Shown piece after piece: positions 1 to 14,689 of a DNA stretch of 64,000 nucleotides (the stretch's first letter is position 1; each line of letters starts with the position of its first letter). Origin of the DNA: the human T2T-CHM13v2.0 reference genome, Homo sapiens. Location of the stretch: assembly GCF_009914755.1 (NCBI RefSeq), contig NC_060931.1; one strand, given 5' to 3'. The position numbers and the translations under genes are program-made. Under the pieces are notes generated by a model. The model was not told the origin of the DNA and ran no database searches. It saw only the letters and a list, made by a program, of their open reading frames with translations.

Positions 1-1006
1 ATTTAGTGTTCATTTAAATTAGAATGTATTTATACTTAGTGAAAGCTGAAAATCTGGTAAGGCTAAATTATAGAAGCTATGATTTTCAGAATCTGAATCC
101 TAATTATTTTTGAATCCGGGGCTATGTTTGGCAGGTGAGGGATAATTTAGGAGTGGGAAGAAATTGAAAAGATAAAAGGTAAAATGGGCATTTATATCCA
201 TCCAACAGTGTGTTTCACATTATGTGTACATTGTGGATGCTTAATCCACACAAATATTGAGAAGCCACATGGTGTTTCACTGCCAAAGAATTCTCTCTCT
301 TGAGTAAAGAATGACATGGGTGGAAGTACATAAGGAACAGGGATGCCAAGGAGGAGAGCCACCTGCTCAACAGTTGGCATGACTAATCTCAATGATTTGT
401 CATGAAAACCTGTGTAAAGGAAACAATTAATTGACTAGCTTTCTATAAAAGCAAAAAAAAGATATTTAGTATTACCTCATATGCCCACTCAAATAGGTTT
501 ATTTGTCAGTTTCATAGGAGTTCCATCAGTATATTTTATTCTGTAAAAAAATTACTTTCCAACTTAACTACTATAGTGATTGCCAAAAGTAAAATTTTTG
601 AATGCAGATATCAAGGTGTTGAAAGGAAAAAAATGGATATGGTATTTACATAAACTATATTTTGAATTTGGCTATATTTTCAGTTTTGTTCAAAATGATT
701 TTTATCTGAATATATTAGCTGCCTACTACTTATATACATTCAGGTATATTCTGATGGAATCAGCTCATATAATTAGTAGTTAACTCATTAATAACATTCA
801 GCACAGACTTAGCTGCTAGGCATCCTAGCCTGTAGCGAGGTGAGGGGAAAGTACTGAGTCTCATTCTATGCCTTAGAGAAATATTGCATTCGGCCCACTA
901 ATCACACACACTCCAGCATGAAGTTTTCAGCAGGGATGCAATGATATCCTCAACCACCTGTCATCAAGTGGCAGTAACAGCTTTTCATCTTAACCTTCTT
1001 GAGCTT

Positions 1007-1509
1007 TGTGGTAGGCAGAATAATGGCTCCCAAAGACGTCTAGGTCTTAATCTCCAAAATTTGTGAACGTAATTAGGGTACAAAGAAGAATTAAGGTTGC
1101 TAATCAGCTGACCTTTAAATAGGGAGATTACCCTAGCTACACAGGTGAGCCCAATTTAATCACAAGGGTCTTTGAAAATGGAAGAGAGACTGAAGAGAGA
1201 GTCTGAAACATGGCAATGTGAAAACAACGACAACAATAAAAACTTGTCCTGATGTTGCTGGTTTGGACAATGGTGGAAGGGGGCATGAGCCAAGGCAAAC
1301 AGGTGTTCTCCAGAAGCTGGAAAGGCAAGGAAACTGATTCTCCTCTGGAGCTTTCACAAAGCTACATGGCCCTGTCAACACCTTGATTTTAGCCCAGTGA
1401 GAGAGAGTTCAGACTTCTGATTTCCAGAACTATAAGATAATAAGTTTGCCTTGTTTTACACCTCTAAGTCTGTGGTAATTTGTTACAGCAGCATTACAAA
1501 GTTAACACA
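1007..1509 (+). mobile_element. MLT1 (MLT1D-like) MaLR solo LTR
   Basis: TGTGGTAGGCAGAATAATGG start. Internal GCTAATCAGCTGACCTT and AGAAGCTGGAAAAGGCAAGGAAAC..GATTCTCC motifs. Ends GTGGTAATTTGTTACAGCAGC...AACACA. Confidence 0.85.
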
Positions 1510-4500
1510 ACCTCCTGTTCCATGAATAGTAGGTAGGAAAATAACACCCCTTTCTTTAAAGGGAACAATAGAATCGTGATTGAAGTCTTTTATTCCCATA
1601 ACCATTTTTAGCTCTTCAACTGAAAATACATAAATGGTGTATAAATACCTATTGACATGAAAGGAAAAATTGAATACTATATATTCAATTGAATACTGAA
1701 ATTCAATTGAAATTCAATTGAAAAATTGAATACTATATATTCAATTTTTGACATGAAAGGAAAAATTGAATACTATATATGTTTATACTTTCAGTTAATC
1801 AGGGTCATTTAAAATTAAAAGTAAGCATAAACATTTACTTTTAAAATAAAAGATTTCATCACTTTTTCATTCTGGAAAGTTGTTTTATTTCCTAAACTAC
1901 CAATCTACACACCTGGCAAACACTACTTAGAAAAAAGCTCACTCATTTCATAAATTAGCCCTGTATTTTTTCTTACCTCACTGAAATATTAACAGTTATA
2001 AGAAAATACAGACTTGTGATCACCATTTTTCACTCAAATGAGTTAAAAAAGCACCCTAAGTTGATGTTGTACAGTAGTATTTCCAAGGGTCGTATGGAGC
2101 AATTTCACTGCAATGTAAATATATAAGTATTTAAAATTAGAAATACAGCTTGAGAGCTGGAGAGCTCCTGTTTTCTACAACAGAATTGAAAGAGCTATCA
2201 TTAAGTGTAAAATCTGCATTACTGTCCTGATGCTGCAGAAATGTAGGGCTATATTTTGCTGTGATGCTAGGTCCCATTGTGTCGTGGCTAAGCTCCCACA
2301 CAAGCTTGTCCCCAAGCATCACAGCAGAGACAAGAGCTCATTTTTGTTGTCCTTCACCTTTCTCAGGTTGTTCTTCCTCCTTGAAGCTCCCTTTCTTTGT
2401 CCTCTCTTTGTACTCTTGACAGAGGGCTGATCCTGAACAAGGTGTGGCATAGAGGAAAGACTAGTGGTGAGAGTCAAGAGATACGGTACTGGTTTGTTTT
2501 GGATTTGTAACACAATAATTTCACATTTGTGTACAACACTTTACCACTCCAGGACTCAGCCTCCTCATCTGTATGTTGAAAACAATGGGTTCAGTGTTTC
2601 AGAATCTGAAATGCTATGATTTTCTGAGCTCTAAGATACGTATCCAGTTTACCCTTCAGGTGTGTGGCCCTAAGGGAACAGCCAAAATTAAAAGCTTATG
2701 TCACTGCTACTTTAGACATGTTCACATCTTATCAAATGCCTTTTGAGGGAGAAAATATCCTCAAATCTTCTAATGAATTAATGAATCTCTAATAAAAGAA
2801 TGTCAGAATACAGTGTAAGATTTTTGGTGTTTTCTCTCTGAAGCCACCACTTGGAAAATAAGCATAGTGCTGCCTATTGTCAATGCTCATGAACAACTCG
2901 GAAGACAAAGCAATTTCACTATTGAACAATCCGATCTTTCATGCTCATGCAAAGGATGAATATGGATAAGGACGGTTGAGTTTACATTTAAAAATATTTT
3001 ACAGACAGCTTAGATGTTATATTGCAGCTTTGATCTTATGAGGCCAATAATGTACATCCCCACACAAATAAATCCAGTTCCTCAGTAATTCCTACTTCCT
3101 ATTCTATCCTTTAAATAAAGAGGGAGATTTTTCTATATGCTCACTAGCAAGTGCAATGGAAAGTCCTGCCCACTCATATAAAAGTGGCAGGAATTTTGAT
3201 AGCCAAGCCAAGAAGCACTGTGAATCAGAAGACTTTACTGATTCATCTGAGCCCCTTTTCACCCCACCAAAACTATCACAGAAAACAGAACCATACAGTG
3301 CTGAGTTCTGCTAGTGGCACAAACACCCCTTTTAACAGCTGAACTGACTGCTGGGGACCCACCACTCCTTTAATTATACCTCAGAAGTGCACATAATGAG
3401 AAAAGAGCCAACTGCACTGCCTGAGCCCCTAATGTGGGCTGGCTCAGGACCAGGTCCTTTGTGTCTGTTATTTCTTCTTTCATCCTCTCTCAAAGTGGTG
3501 CTGGTCTATAAGTTTCCCTGCTTCTGCTTTCTTTCTTATTCCTTTTTATATAAATTTCTTCCTACCTGCCCTACCGTTCCTCAGCTAACATCTCTTTGCC
3601 AATTTTCTCCATGTTGAAACACTTACCCTTCAACATCTATTCTGTTCAATATTTGAAATACTCCGGGTCTGCATCTATACCACTCCTTTGTCCATTATTC
3701 ATCTGTTTATTCCATTTGCTGATCTCTGATGTTTTTGCCATTGGTGATACAAAGGCTATAAAATATATGGCTTATAATCAAGGAAACCCAGGGAGAGAAA
3801 TCCTGTGTGAGAATGCATTATGATAGAACAAGTAAAGTATTCCAGGACATCAGAGGAGAGAATGGCTATCACTACTCCAACAGTTGGCAAAGGCATTGGT
3901 AGGATACTACATGATACACTGCCTTAAATAATTTATGGTACAAATTTCAAATAAACAATCACCGTGTCTTAAAGGTCATTATATCTTCTGTATGATGCCT
4001 TGCAAATAATGAATAAATTGTAGGCATTCAATAAACACACATATTTCACTGATGGATCATGTTCTTATGGCAGAGGTACAGGCTGGCTTTGGTTGCACTT
4101 GACCTTCCTCTCTCAAGTTGTCCTTTCTTCTTTGATCTCTCTTTTTTCTTCAAGTACCTATTTTGTTTTTACTGCTTGGCAGAGGGTTCATCTCTACTAA
4201 GGTGGGTTATAAAGACAGTAACTGGTGAATTCCATTTATTTAGTTCAGACTGTACACAATTTGGTCAAAGTTAGAGTTCATAAATGTGACCCGTGCTGGT
4301 GTCAGTTTTACAGTCATACATGATCAGAGGTGGCATTTCTGAAACCTTCCAGCCATTTTGCAAATGGATCTATTTGTTTAAAAATATTCCAGATGGCAGA
4401 ATATGACAATCTCAGGTTCATATTTGGTGCCTTATCATTAAGTAAGTACAAAAAACTCTATCTCCTCAGTCCCATAAGTGAAATAGTTCCTTAATATTTA

Positions 4501-5089
4501 CCTCTTTGGGCATTTATTTATATATAAATGTATCTGTTGAACATTTACTACCTTGACAAGAGTTGTGGGGAATACAAAACTGAAGAGTGTCCTTCCCTTT
4601 GTTGGGAAAACCTGTTTCTCCTCTTTACGTCTTTCCATGAGATAGCCCATCCTGCTTACTTCTGTAATATTTCCAATCTAATTTTTAGTAGTGTAATTAT
4701 TTTGAGATTCATCTCCTTTAGTAAACTGCCAGTTCCTTGAAGGGAGGGACTATACTACATTAACTTCTCTCCAAAGCCTGGATTTTACAGTTGAGGAAAT
4801 AGATCCAGTAAGTTTAAATGATGTGGCCAAGATTTCAAGGACATGGGCTGTGTCTTTTCCTTTTTATAAGCCCCAGATGTGGAGAACAATAGTAAACACA
4901 TCTGCTAAGAATAGGATCAGAGAATATGAATCCAGTTTTGCTCATTACTCACCTCTAGCCTACATAAGAAAAAGCTATGAATTCATGAGATGTGAAAAAA
5001 TGGTAGTGAGTTTCTAGTTAGATAGTTTCTGAAGTGCTGTGTCATTCTTCTTTCTTCACCCTAGTCAAAGTTTTCTTCCTGAATTCAGG

Positions 5090-5972
5090 CTAATTGTATG
5101 TCTCTTAGAGTTGAGGGAGGCTGTACTCCTATGAAGCCCTCTCTGTGAGACTGGCTGGAAATAGCACAGTCTTGAGACCGGTCTATATTGGGAATGGCTT
5201 GCACTTCCACTGATGGACCCATCAAGCAGGTATGCGTTTTCTCATTGGCCTGGTGGATTTCTGAAAAGAAGTGTTCTTGAGAGTTCAAAGGCACTCCTTC
5301 CCAGATAGCTGCCTTAGAATGATAAGAAAGTCCCAACAGAAAGTATTTCTGGGAAGACAAGGGCTGAGAGGAAACTGTAAGTTCCCAGGCAAAGACCTAC
5401 AGTTGGAAGTTTCCAATGGTGAAAAATCACAGAAAATCCCTCAAAAGGGCTTCAGGAGAGAAATAGCAAGGACTTTGGCATCTGAAACAGAGAAGATGGA
5501 CACCAGATTAAACAGTACCAGATACACAAAAGCATTCTATTTATAAAATGGTTCTATCTATATTATTTCTTGTTTCCTCCCTCACCATTGGGTCTGAATC
5601 TGGAAGATCCAGAAGTAGCAGCTAGTTTGTAAGAGAGAGATGGTTGAGAAAAAAAGAATAAACTTGCTGGTCTCTTCCACAGTACAGGACAGAACTGGCC
5701 TGGGTCGGGGAATAGCAGGAGGTACTGGAAGGGTAAAACCTTAAAACTTAGTAAGAAAATAAATTGTATATTAGACTAGATTAGACTATTCGACAGCAAG
5801 AAAAAAGAGTCTATTTGCTAATACCTAATAATGAGTAGAAAACTAGGAGGAAAACTAAACTGTATGGAAGAATGAGTCCATAGAGCTTGCTTCAAGGGGT
5901 AACAATGAGAAAGAATCAAGTTGCTAAGTGTTTATATCCTACTGAGCCTAATTTGTTCAATAACTGGTTACA
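5090..5972 (+). mobile_element. Ancient LTR (LTR78-like), 5' boundary uncertain
   Basis: Ends TTGTTCAATAACTGGTTACA, and its 3' ~250 bp resembles the elements at ~22.1-23.4 kb and ~58.3-59.0 kb. The family name is from memory. Confidence 0.4.
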
Positions 5973-6229
5973 TCACCAATATTACACGCCAAATTTTCTG
6001 ACTCAAAGCCCACTGTCTACTGCATTCCCAGGTAAATAAAACTAGAAATATTAATCTGTTCTAAAAGTGAGGGAGGGTAAAAGAGATGTTAGGAACATAT
6101 ACAAATGCAATTTCTGACTTGTTTTCATCTTGATTCATGAGGAAGGAGGGAGAGAAGGTAGGAAAGAAAGGAGAGAAGAGGAGAGAGAGAGAAGGAAGGG
6201 GGGAAGAAAGGAAAAAACATTTACAAAAC

Positions 6230-6895
<666 letters not shown>

Positions 6896-7910
6896 ATAAA
6901 GAAAATTCACAGGCCTATATGTTTTATTTATCTAACTATACCTCCTCTACAATGTCTGACTTGCACAAATAAGGCAGCTTCCCTTGAAGATCACTTCTGT
7001 ATAAACACATTATATCTAATTGGTTGCATTACAATCCCTTTATGTTTTAGAGCATGGCTTGAAGTCTAATACTGATAGAATTGATTCAAAACCTATTCTC
7101 TATATTGAGAAAACCAGAGCTCTCCTCCATTGATAACATAATAGAGAGCTGAATGTTCCTAGGTATCTTCTAATATAATGGTTAAGGCTCTGTTTACCAA
7201 GGTTTTGGGTACTTATCTTTGCATTCATATCTTGAATATCATATCTCTGATGACAGCATCAGAATTTATCAGTCAGAGGAAGCTGTGAAGACCAAAGTTC
7301 CTTGGGAAACTGCCTTCACAAGGAAATCTGGAAATAGGGACCGATCACTTTTCAAACACATCTATGTAGGCGTTATCTATGTTATCTTAGACTGAACTAA
7401 TTCAGATTATTCCCAAAAGATACAGTAACATATTTGCTGGCAATTATAACATGCAGAGATTTCACATTTTAATTCCTGTGATCCTGGAGTAGGTGCTGCT
7501 TAAATAATATTGTCCAGGCTGCAGTTGTGACATAGTTGAATATGTCCACATATGCACAAAAAAAAAAAATAACTTACAGACTGGAGGTTAGTAATTTGGA
7601 AGAAAGTTCTAAAAACAATGAAGTTCTTTTTTTAATAAAATAAATGCTTCTTCACCACATTCTTGATGTAGAAACAAAGAGAAAACAACAACTACCCCCC
7701 CAAATGACAGATATCAAAAATTCTAGGTAGCAAAGTTACTTAGAAAAGTCATAATCTCAATGTAAAGCAATCTGAGGATATTCCAATCAATTTACCTCAC
7801 ATATTTTTTTCATGTGTACAGGCATTAAATATTATAAAATTCACCCAAATTTATACAAAATCTATTTTCAGTAAGTACCAGATGCAAATTCTAAGTAATA
7901 AGAAATTAAT

Positions 7911-7996
7911 CGTGTCATATTTAATTGGTGCCATTGTTTTTCTTTCTTAGTAATAGAAAAAAATAATGGTGCACCTTAAATCAATGAAACACAGTA
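7911..7996 (+). mobile_element. MER104-like (Tc2/mariner) DNA transposon fragment
   Basis: TGTCATATTTAATTGG..TTTTTCTTTCTTAG..AAAATAATGGTGCACCTTA..ATCAATGAAACACAG-TA matches my recollection of the MER104 3' half and terminal repeat. Confidence 0.55.
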
Positions 7997-8629
7997 TCTG
8001 AAAATGAAATAAAGTTTGTAAAGCCTTAGCAACTTTATGTAGGTTAGATAATAAGATATTAAGGGAAATTACAGATGATGAATACATGTCCTCAATGCTA
8101 CAAGCTTTCTTCAGAGGAACAGTCATGGTTTTACATCATTAGTCTCTAAAACTGGAGACAAACTAATAATGTTGGTAGCTCACTGAGCAGTTCAACGGGG
8201 ATAACTCTGGATGTTTACATATACTTGCTCTAAAAATATTCCTTCCTATTCTCAAGATTAGGAAAACTGGATAAATCCAAGTGATCAACAGCGCCACAAT
8301 CAATTTAGACAGGAAGATAGATTTCAGATCATTACGATGAAAGACCAATGTATGAAATTGTTTAACATGAAAGCTGTGGTTGCTGCCATCTTAGAACACA
8401 GGACTTTAGTTACCATTTACCATTTGCCATGCTCTGGAATTGGTCTTTCTACAGGGAAGAAGGCTGACTAGAACAATGACCCACTGAACCCCATTTAACT
8501 TTATGCTTCTATGTTTCTAAATAAAATCCCCTGAACCTGCAACTGATAAATATTTAAAGATAAATTATATAATTAGACACTTACCTCTAGGTTTATTAGC
8601 CCCAACAATGAAAAAAAAAGCAAGTTCCA

Positions 8630-8630
<1 letters not shown>

Positions 8631-8682
<52 letters not shown>

Positions 8683-8694
8683 CACACACACACA
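8631..8694. repeat. (CA)n microsatellite, interrupted
   Basis: About 30 CA units seen directly. Confidence 0.97.
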
Positions 8695-11600
8695 TTTGTC
8701 AGATAGTCATAAAAAGAATTTACAAGCTCATACATTTTATTTTGTTTTAACTTTTATCTAAAATTAAAGAAAAATTAATTAACAATGCTACCCCAATGCC
8801 ATTCCTAGACAGATACATAATCAAGCTTCCCCCAGAAACTCACTTTTAGGTAAACCTATTACTTTATTTCTAATTTATTTTACTTAATACTGACCATTCT
8901 CCTTTAGTTGTCAATGACTTATGATAATTTTTAAAATATTAAAATGAATAACAATAATTCAATTTCCTTTACTAAACATCTCTTGTTTTCTCCTTTGTAT
9001 ATTTCAGTAAAGATTATCCTTCATGGAGGAAAATGAATACTGAGATGCCTAGAATACCCAGTTCTTGACATGATCACTATCACACTTAACCAACAACCGA
9101 TATGAAAGCTGTGGTTGCTGCCATCATAGAATGCAGGACAACAGTTACCATTTACCAATACTATTTTAAGAACATAAGGGAAAAGGTCGATTACAAAATG
9201 AAAGACAGTAAGAAAAAGGAAAATGTGAGAAAGAGAGGAAAGGGAATGGAGAGAGGACATATGCTTTTCCTTTATTTCCCTAGAAGTACTTAAGTAGGGA
9301 CAAAATGTGAGAATGTGGTAACTTTAGCTTTGAATCTTCCAAATTAACCCATAGCTGTTTTGGCTCAAATGACAACAGACATCTTTCTGGCATGTCCACA
9401 AATCAGCTTTGTTTATGCATCTATGATTTATCCAATATATAAAGAGGAAACCATTGACAAGACAGTAAGATTATACAAACTATGTATTAAAAGCCAACAT
9501 ATTACCCTATTCCCATTAAGCATGGTATTCCTTGTTAAACAAAAATTTATCTAATGTTATAAATATTTATCTGATATTGAAGTAGCAAATGCAAAACTTT
9601 AAATAGACTATTTGATTATTATGCTGGAAAACTGATGACATAAAACATAAATTTAAGCAAAAGACTCTAAATAATTCCTAGTACTCTTTGGTAGCATGGG
9701 AAATACATTATTTTCCCCCTTGAATAAAATGTCCACCTACATATACCTACAGGTTTACTGCAAGAAGTTAATCAGCAGCCCATATTGGCCCACAAGGGCA
9801 TATTATTGGTTACATCAATGCACAGTGGGATGTCTCACTAGAACTAAATATAAGACAGCTTTGATTTCTTTGCTGAGGACCATCTAACCTAATTTTAGAT
9901 AGCCTGGATCTTTCTCTGAGTAGAAACCATGCTCTGTTCTGATTCTATTGTCCTGGAAAGCAGAGTAAAATATGCATCAACTGACCTTTCAACAACTGCA
10001 TTATGAAATAATACAAAGGGGGAATAGGTTGCACATGTTCACACACAAACATGCAACTGTCTCTACCTTTTTCCAGAAAATTAAGTTTAAAGTTCTATAA
10101 AACTAGATGGATATTGCTGAACAAATATAACACATGACATTAAAATCAGCCTGTTACAAAACTTAGAAACTACTCAAAGTGATGCCCCCAATTCACCACA
10201 TATATTCAGCTTATTATACAACCCCGCAGGAGTTCTGCTTGCCTTCCTAACCATACTAATTCTTAAGTGTATTTTGTTTCAACCTCACTTTTCTCAATGT
10301 CAACATTATTCATCTCTTCTGTGATCAATGTGAAAGTTAAAAAAACAAATAAAGCACTGAGCATTTCAGACCAGGCAATTAAACATGTGGTTTCTCTAGG
10401 CACATATTACAGCATCAGCATTTGCAGCTCAAGAAGCCACTGATGAGTCAGGCTAAAATAAAGTCTTCAACGGAGCTGACACTTTATTTTGCATCTACGC
10501 CACCAAGATTACATCATCATGGTGAAATTCATGGTCCACTAATATTTAGTTAAGAACTCCAAAGTTCAGGCATTTTTATTCAAACCATAAAAATCCAGAG
10601 GATGCCAGCCTTTACTCTGACATCATATGAACTTGGACATTTCTGTTGCACTATTTCTTTTTACAGCATTAAATTCACAGTAACGTTAATGTGAATCTGT
10701 GAAAACTCAATGCCATGACTTCAAGTTATGAGAAAGCTTCTAAATAAATGAAGGGATGTTTTGTTTATCATTCATAATCTCAAGAGTGGCTGTGTGAAGT
10801 ATTTAATAAAGTCAAATATAATATGCACAAAATCCAATAAAATTAAAACAAAGAACAAAATGTAACAACACCAGATAGAACAACAAAAATATTCCTTTGG
10901 GTACCGTGGACTGTGTTAGCACTTTGAGAAATACAAAAGAAGTAAATGTCACAATGCTATTACAATAAATCTGTTTGACATTATTACTGTAATCACAGCT
11001 GATTTGCAGGCAAATGACTATCTGTTTTGTTTACCTATATATTCTTACCATGTTGCTTGGCTTATAGTTAAGTACCCAATAAATATTTATTAATTGAATC
11101 CATTGTGTTATTGGTCTTTACAATGAGCTTTTAGTGTTACTGCTATTATTAATATTACTCACATTTTATTATCATTTTACTATTTATTATTATCATTAGC
11201 CTTCCACAAATAAGACATTAGGGTGTGACAGAATGCCCAAACTCTTGCTTCTAAAGTAGTAATAGCATGACAGTTCTATCTTGCATTGTTCTTAAAATAT
11301 TTTTATTAATAAAATAATGAAGGAATTAAACTTACAAAAGGTACTGCTTAATGTATCTGACAGGAGCATTTATTTTATTATCAGCAGTGTCATACTGCTC
11401 CTTTTCTGCCTATCACATTGTCTACTTTTATAAGTGGCCCTATCTCATTGCAATACAGCTACCTTCACTAACCTGGTGGGCTATCATCTGAAGAATATGA
11501 TATAAAAGAAAGTTACAGCCATTACTCTGAAAAGAATATCCTTGGAGACATTCACAACACAGACTGCAACATTTATGTAGTTTTAATGGCTATACACTTG

Positions 11601-13489
11601 AGTGCCCGAAGATAAAACTAACAACTGTTTTCACATCTAATCAGTATGCATATGTCATTTATAAATTTTCAATATGCTGATTTATCATTTCTAGTCTCTA
11701 TACCAGGGTCCTCATATTCTTGTATTTCTTTTTATCTGAACTCATGCAGCTTTCACTGAGATTCAAACAAAGGAGGATGTTTCATTGTTCTAAGGCCTGG
11801 TCCATTTGTTTCATTGCAATACGCAAGCCAGCTGTGCTCAAATGCAGCATCTGAAGAATGATATTGAAATAAAGTAGGCAGCCTGGCAGGACCAATCACA
11901 CTAAAGAAAATGACTTTGGTCAATTCTGAAATGGTAACACAACCATAGTATTAGTCGCCTATGGTATGCTCATAAATTCTACATGACCTTTTAGGAAATA
12001 GAGTGGAGTTATTTAAACCTATATTCTATACTTCTAGCTCCACTCTGTCAAGCAAATTAGCTCTTTCCTGTCTTTGCCTAAATCATTTTTCCTGTACTTA
12101 GCAGGGCAGGATTTTTGTTTGTTTGTTTTATTTGGGTGTCCTAATCCAAATGCAAATCATGAGATATTATTTGAATTAATCATATATATGTCACATATAT
12201 TTAGCTACAGAATACTTTATATTTTATTTTCCCCCAAAATCCAGGTACTTTATGAAATTTAATTATAATATCAAACAATATATCAGAAAAAAATGTAAAA
12301 TGTCAGAAATATACATTTTCCCCTTGCAATTAAAAAAGTGATAAACTAAAGCTGTCCTAAGCATTCCACACTGACAAAAAATAAAATTCAGTCAGATTTA
12401 TGGCTTCATGCAATTTCAAACAGTAAGGTATATATCAATAAACTTGCATTTTTTGTTTGGTATTTTTTTTGTGGTTTGTTTTTCACTTGCTTGATTTTAT
12501 TTAGGAAGGTTTTTCTACTAACAATTTTGTTCAAGGGAATAAAGCCAGGTTCCCAGTGTGCAAAAACACAGCCCGACTCTGGGAAGGTTCAGTCAGAAAC
12601 CAAACTTGGAACTATCCAATGGCAATAAATATAGAATGCCAAGGTAGATAGACAAACCTGTATAATGCTGAAACAAAAGGAAGGGGGTTCTTGGCACTCA
12701 AAATGATTTTCTCTCATACCAGAGCCAATGTCTTATACATCATTGAAGCTTTCTAAATTTGAGCAACCATAAATGGTGAAAAACAAACTCATGAAACATA
12801 AGAATTAAAAAAGAAAAAGAAATACAGGTAGATAAATTCACAAGATTGCGTTACATGGCTGCCCAATTAAATTATTGCCATAATTTGTATGTCGTGTAAT
12901 AACCATAATGTCTTCTAACATTATAGCACTCTCCTAGAACCAACATAAAAAGGTAAAAATAAATATACGTATTGGTACTTTTTAGTCAGTCTCTTTAGAA
13001 GTATTTTGAAATCGTTGTACACATCATCAATAAAAACTATATTTATTATTTGTAAACAGATTATCATTTTAATCTTCAACACCACTAGGAATTAGACATT
13101 AACATCTCTGTTTTAGAGATAAAGACACAGATACTGAGAAACAGTCAGCAATTTGCCCCAGATCCAAAATCATCTGATTTCAAAGTTCTCTTTTCATTTA
13201 ATATTAATTGTGATGAAATACATATTATACATTTCACCTAATTAGGAATAATTCAAAGATGTAATACTAAATATCTACTCAATATCCAGCCCTCTACTAC
13301 TATGTCCTAGATTGGGGATATAAATTAAGTATGGACATAATCTAAGAATAGTTTTTGTGAGGAGACGAGTCTTTCAATAAATAATTAAAAAATTATTTTA
13401 AAATATTTAAAATGATTTAGATACGAAGTATATGTATTATGCAGGTTATGCCATTTCTTTCAATATCTGTTTTGAAGATATCTGATGTT

Positions 13490-13670
13490 TGAAGATGGCA
13501 GAGCAGAGAAACTGAATGAAGACATATTTTTAGTCATTCAATCAACCAATCTTGGAGTCTGTCCTATCTTTAGATTTCCTGTTATGTAAAATCATAAATA
13601 TCCTTATGGTTTATGCCTACTTGATTTGGCTTTCAGTAACTTGAGCCTGAAAATGTTACAACTAATGCAT
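13490..13670 (+). mobile_element. MLT1J/K-like LTR 3' fragment
   Basis: GAAGATGGCAGAGCAGAGAAA...AATAAAT-like, then GTAACTTG..CTAATGCA, a MaLR 3' end. Confidence 0.5.
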
Positions 13671-14005
13671 ATTATTATATAAAAGTGCAGAGAATTTAGC
13701 AACATCTAGGAAGAGTTAGGAGGAAGGTGAAGTGTTTATTTGGTTCATGTAACTTTCACCATGTATGTTTATTTAACTATGTATATATATTCCTATAAAC
13801 CATTGTTCCAGGCATTGGGAATGCCAATATGAAACACTGCCTTTCCTCAAGGCTTAGCACATCAGAGAAAACAAATTAATCACAGAATGTTAGAAGTCAC
13901 ATCATCCAGTGATGTGATTTTTCACACAAATAATCTGAGGCCATATAGCTAGTGTCCATGTGCAGTAGAAACTTAGACTTTCATATGCTAAACAAGAAAT
14001 AATAT

Positions 14006-14514
14006 TTCACTAAACATAATGCCTTCAGATTCACCCATGTTGTTGCAAATGGCAGATTTTTCTTTTCTTTTTTTTTTTAATTTGATGCCTAATAGTATGG
14101 TAAGTGAAATAAGCCAGGCACAGATCAATACTGCATGATCTTATTCATATGTAAAATCTAAAAAAGTTATTTTCATAGAAGCAGAGAGTAGAATGGTGGT
14201 TGTGAGAGGCTGGTGGTTAGTGGGAAGGGGAGGTTGGGAAGATGGTCTAAAGATACATATTTAAAGTTAGAAAATGTTCAAGAGATCTATTTTACAGCAT
14301 GGTGACTATAGGTATTGACAATATATTATATGATCAAAAAATGCACAGACAGTGCATGTTAAGTGCTTTTGCCACAAAAAAATGATATCTATGTGAGGTA
14401 ATGCATTTGTTAATTGGCTGGATTATCCATTCCACAATGTATGTATACTTCAAAACATCATATTGTACATAATTACATAAATTTTTTGTCCATTTAAAAA
14501 ATAAGTTTCAAAAA
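14006..14514 (+). mobile_element. L1MA (L1MA4-6-like) 3' end with 5' inversion, flanked by a 12-bp TSD
   Basis: Sense L1MA 3' UTR from ~14097 (TAAGTGAAATAAGCCAGGCACAG...). Inverted upstream piece at 14006-~14095. TSD AAGAAATAATAT at 13994-14005 and 14515-14526. Confidence 0.85.
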
Positions 14515-14689
14515 AAGAAATAATATACTAAAGACTATATAAAGTCACATAGTCTATATTCACTCAGAAGGGAATTTTAAAATAATATTTCAATATTTGA
14601 GTTGGATCAGGCAAATCATTTTATTCCTCATGTCACAGTCTGAATATCATGTAATGAAATTAATTATATTATACCTGTATATTTATTTC

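Noticed and set aside
2230-2513. Lys/Arg-rich minus-strand ORF suggesting a processed pseudogene fragment
   Set aside because: No recognisable parent protein, poly-A tail or TSD.
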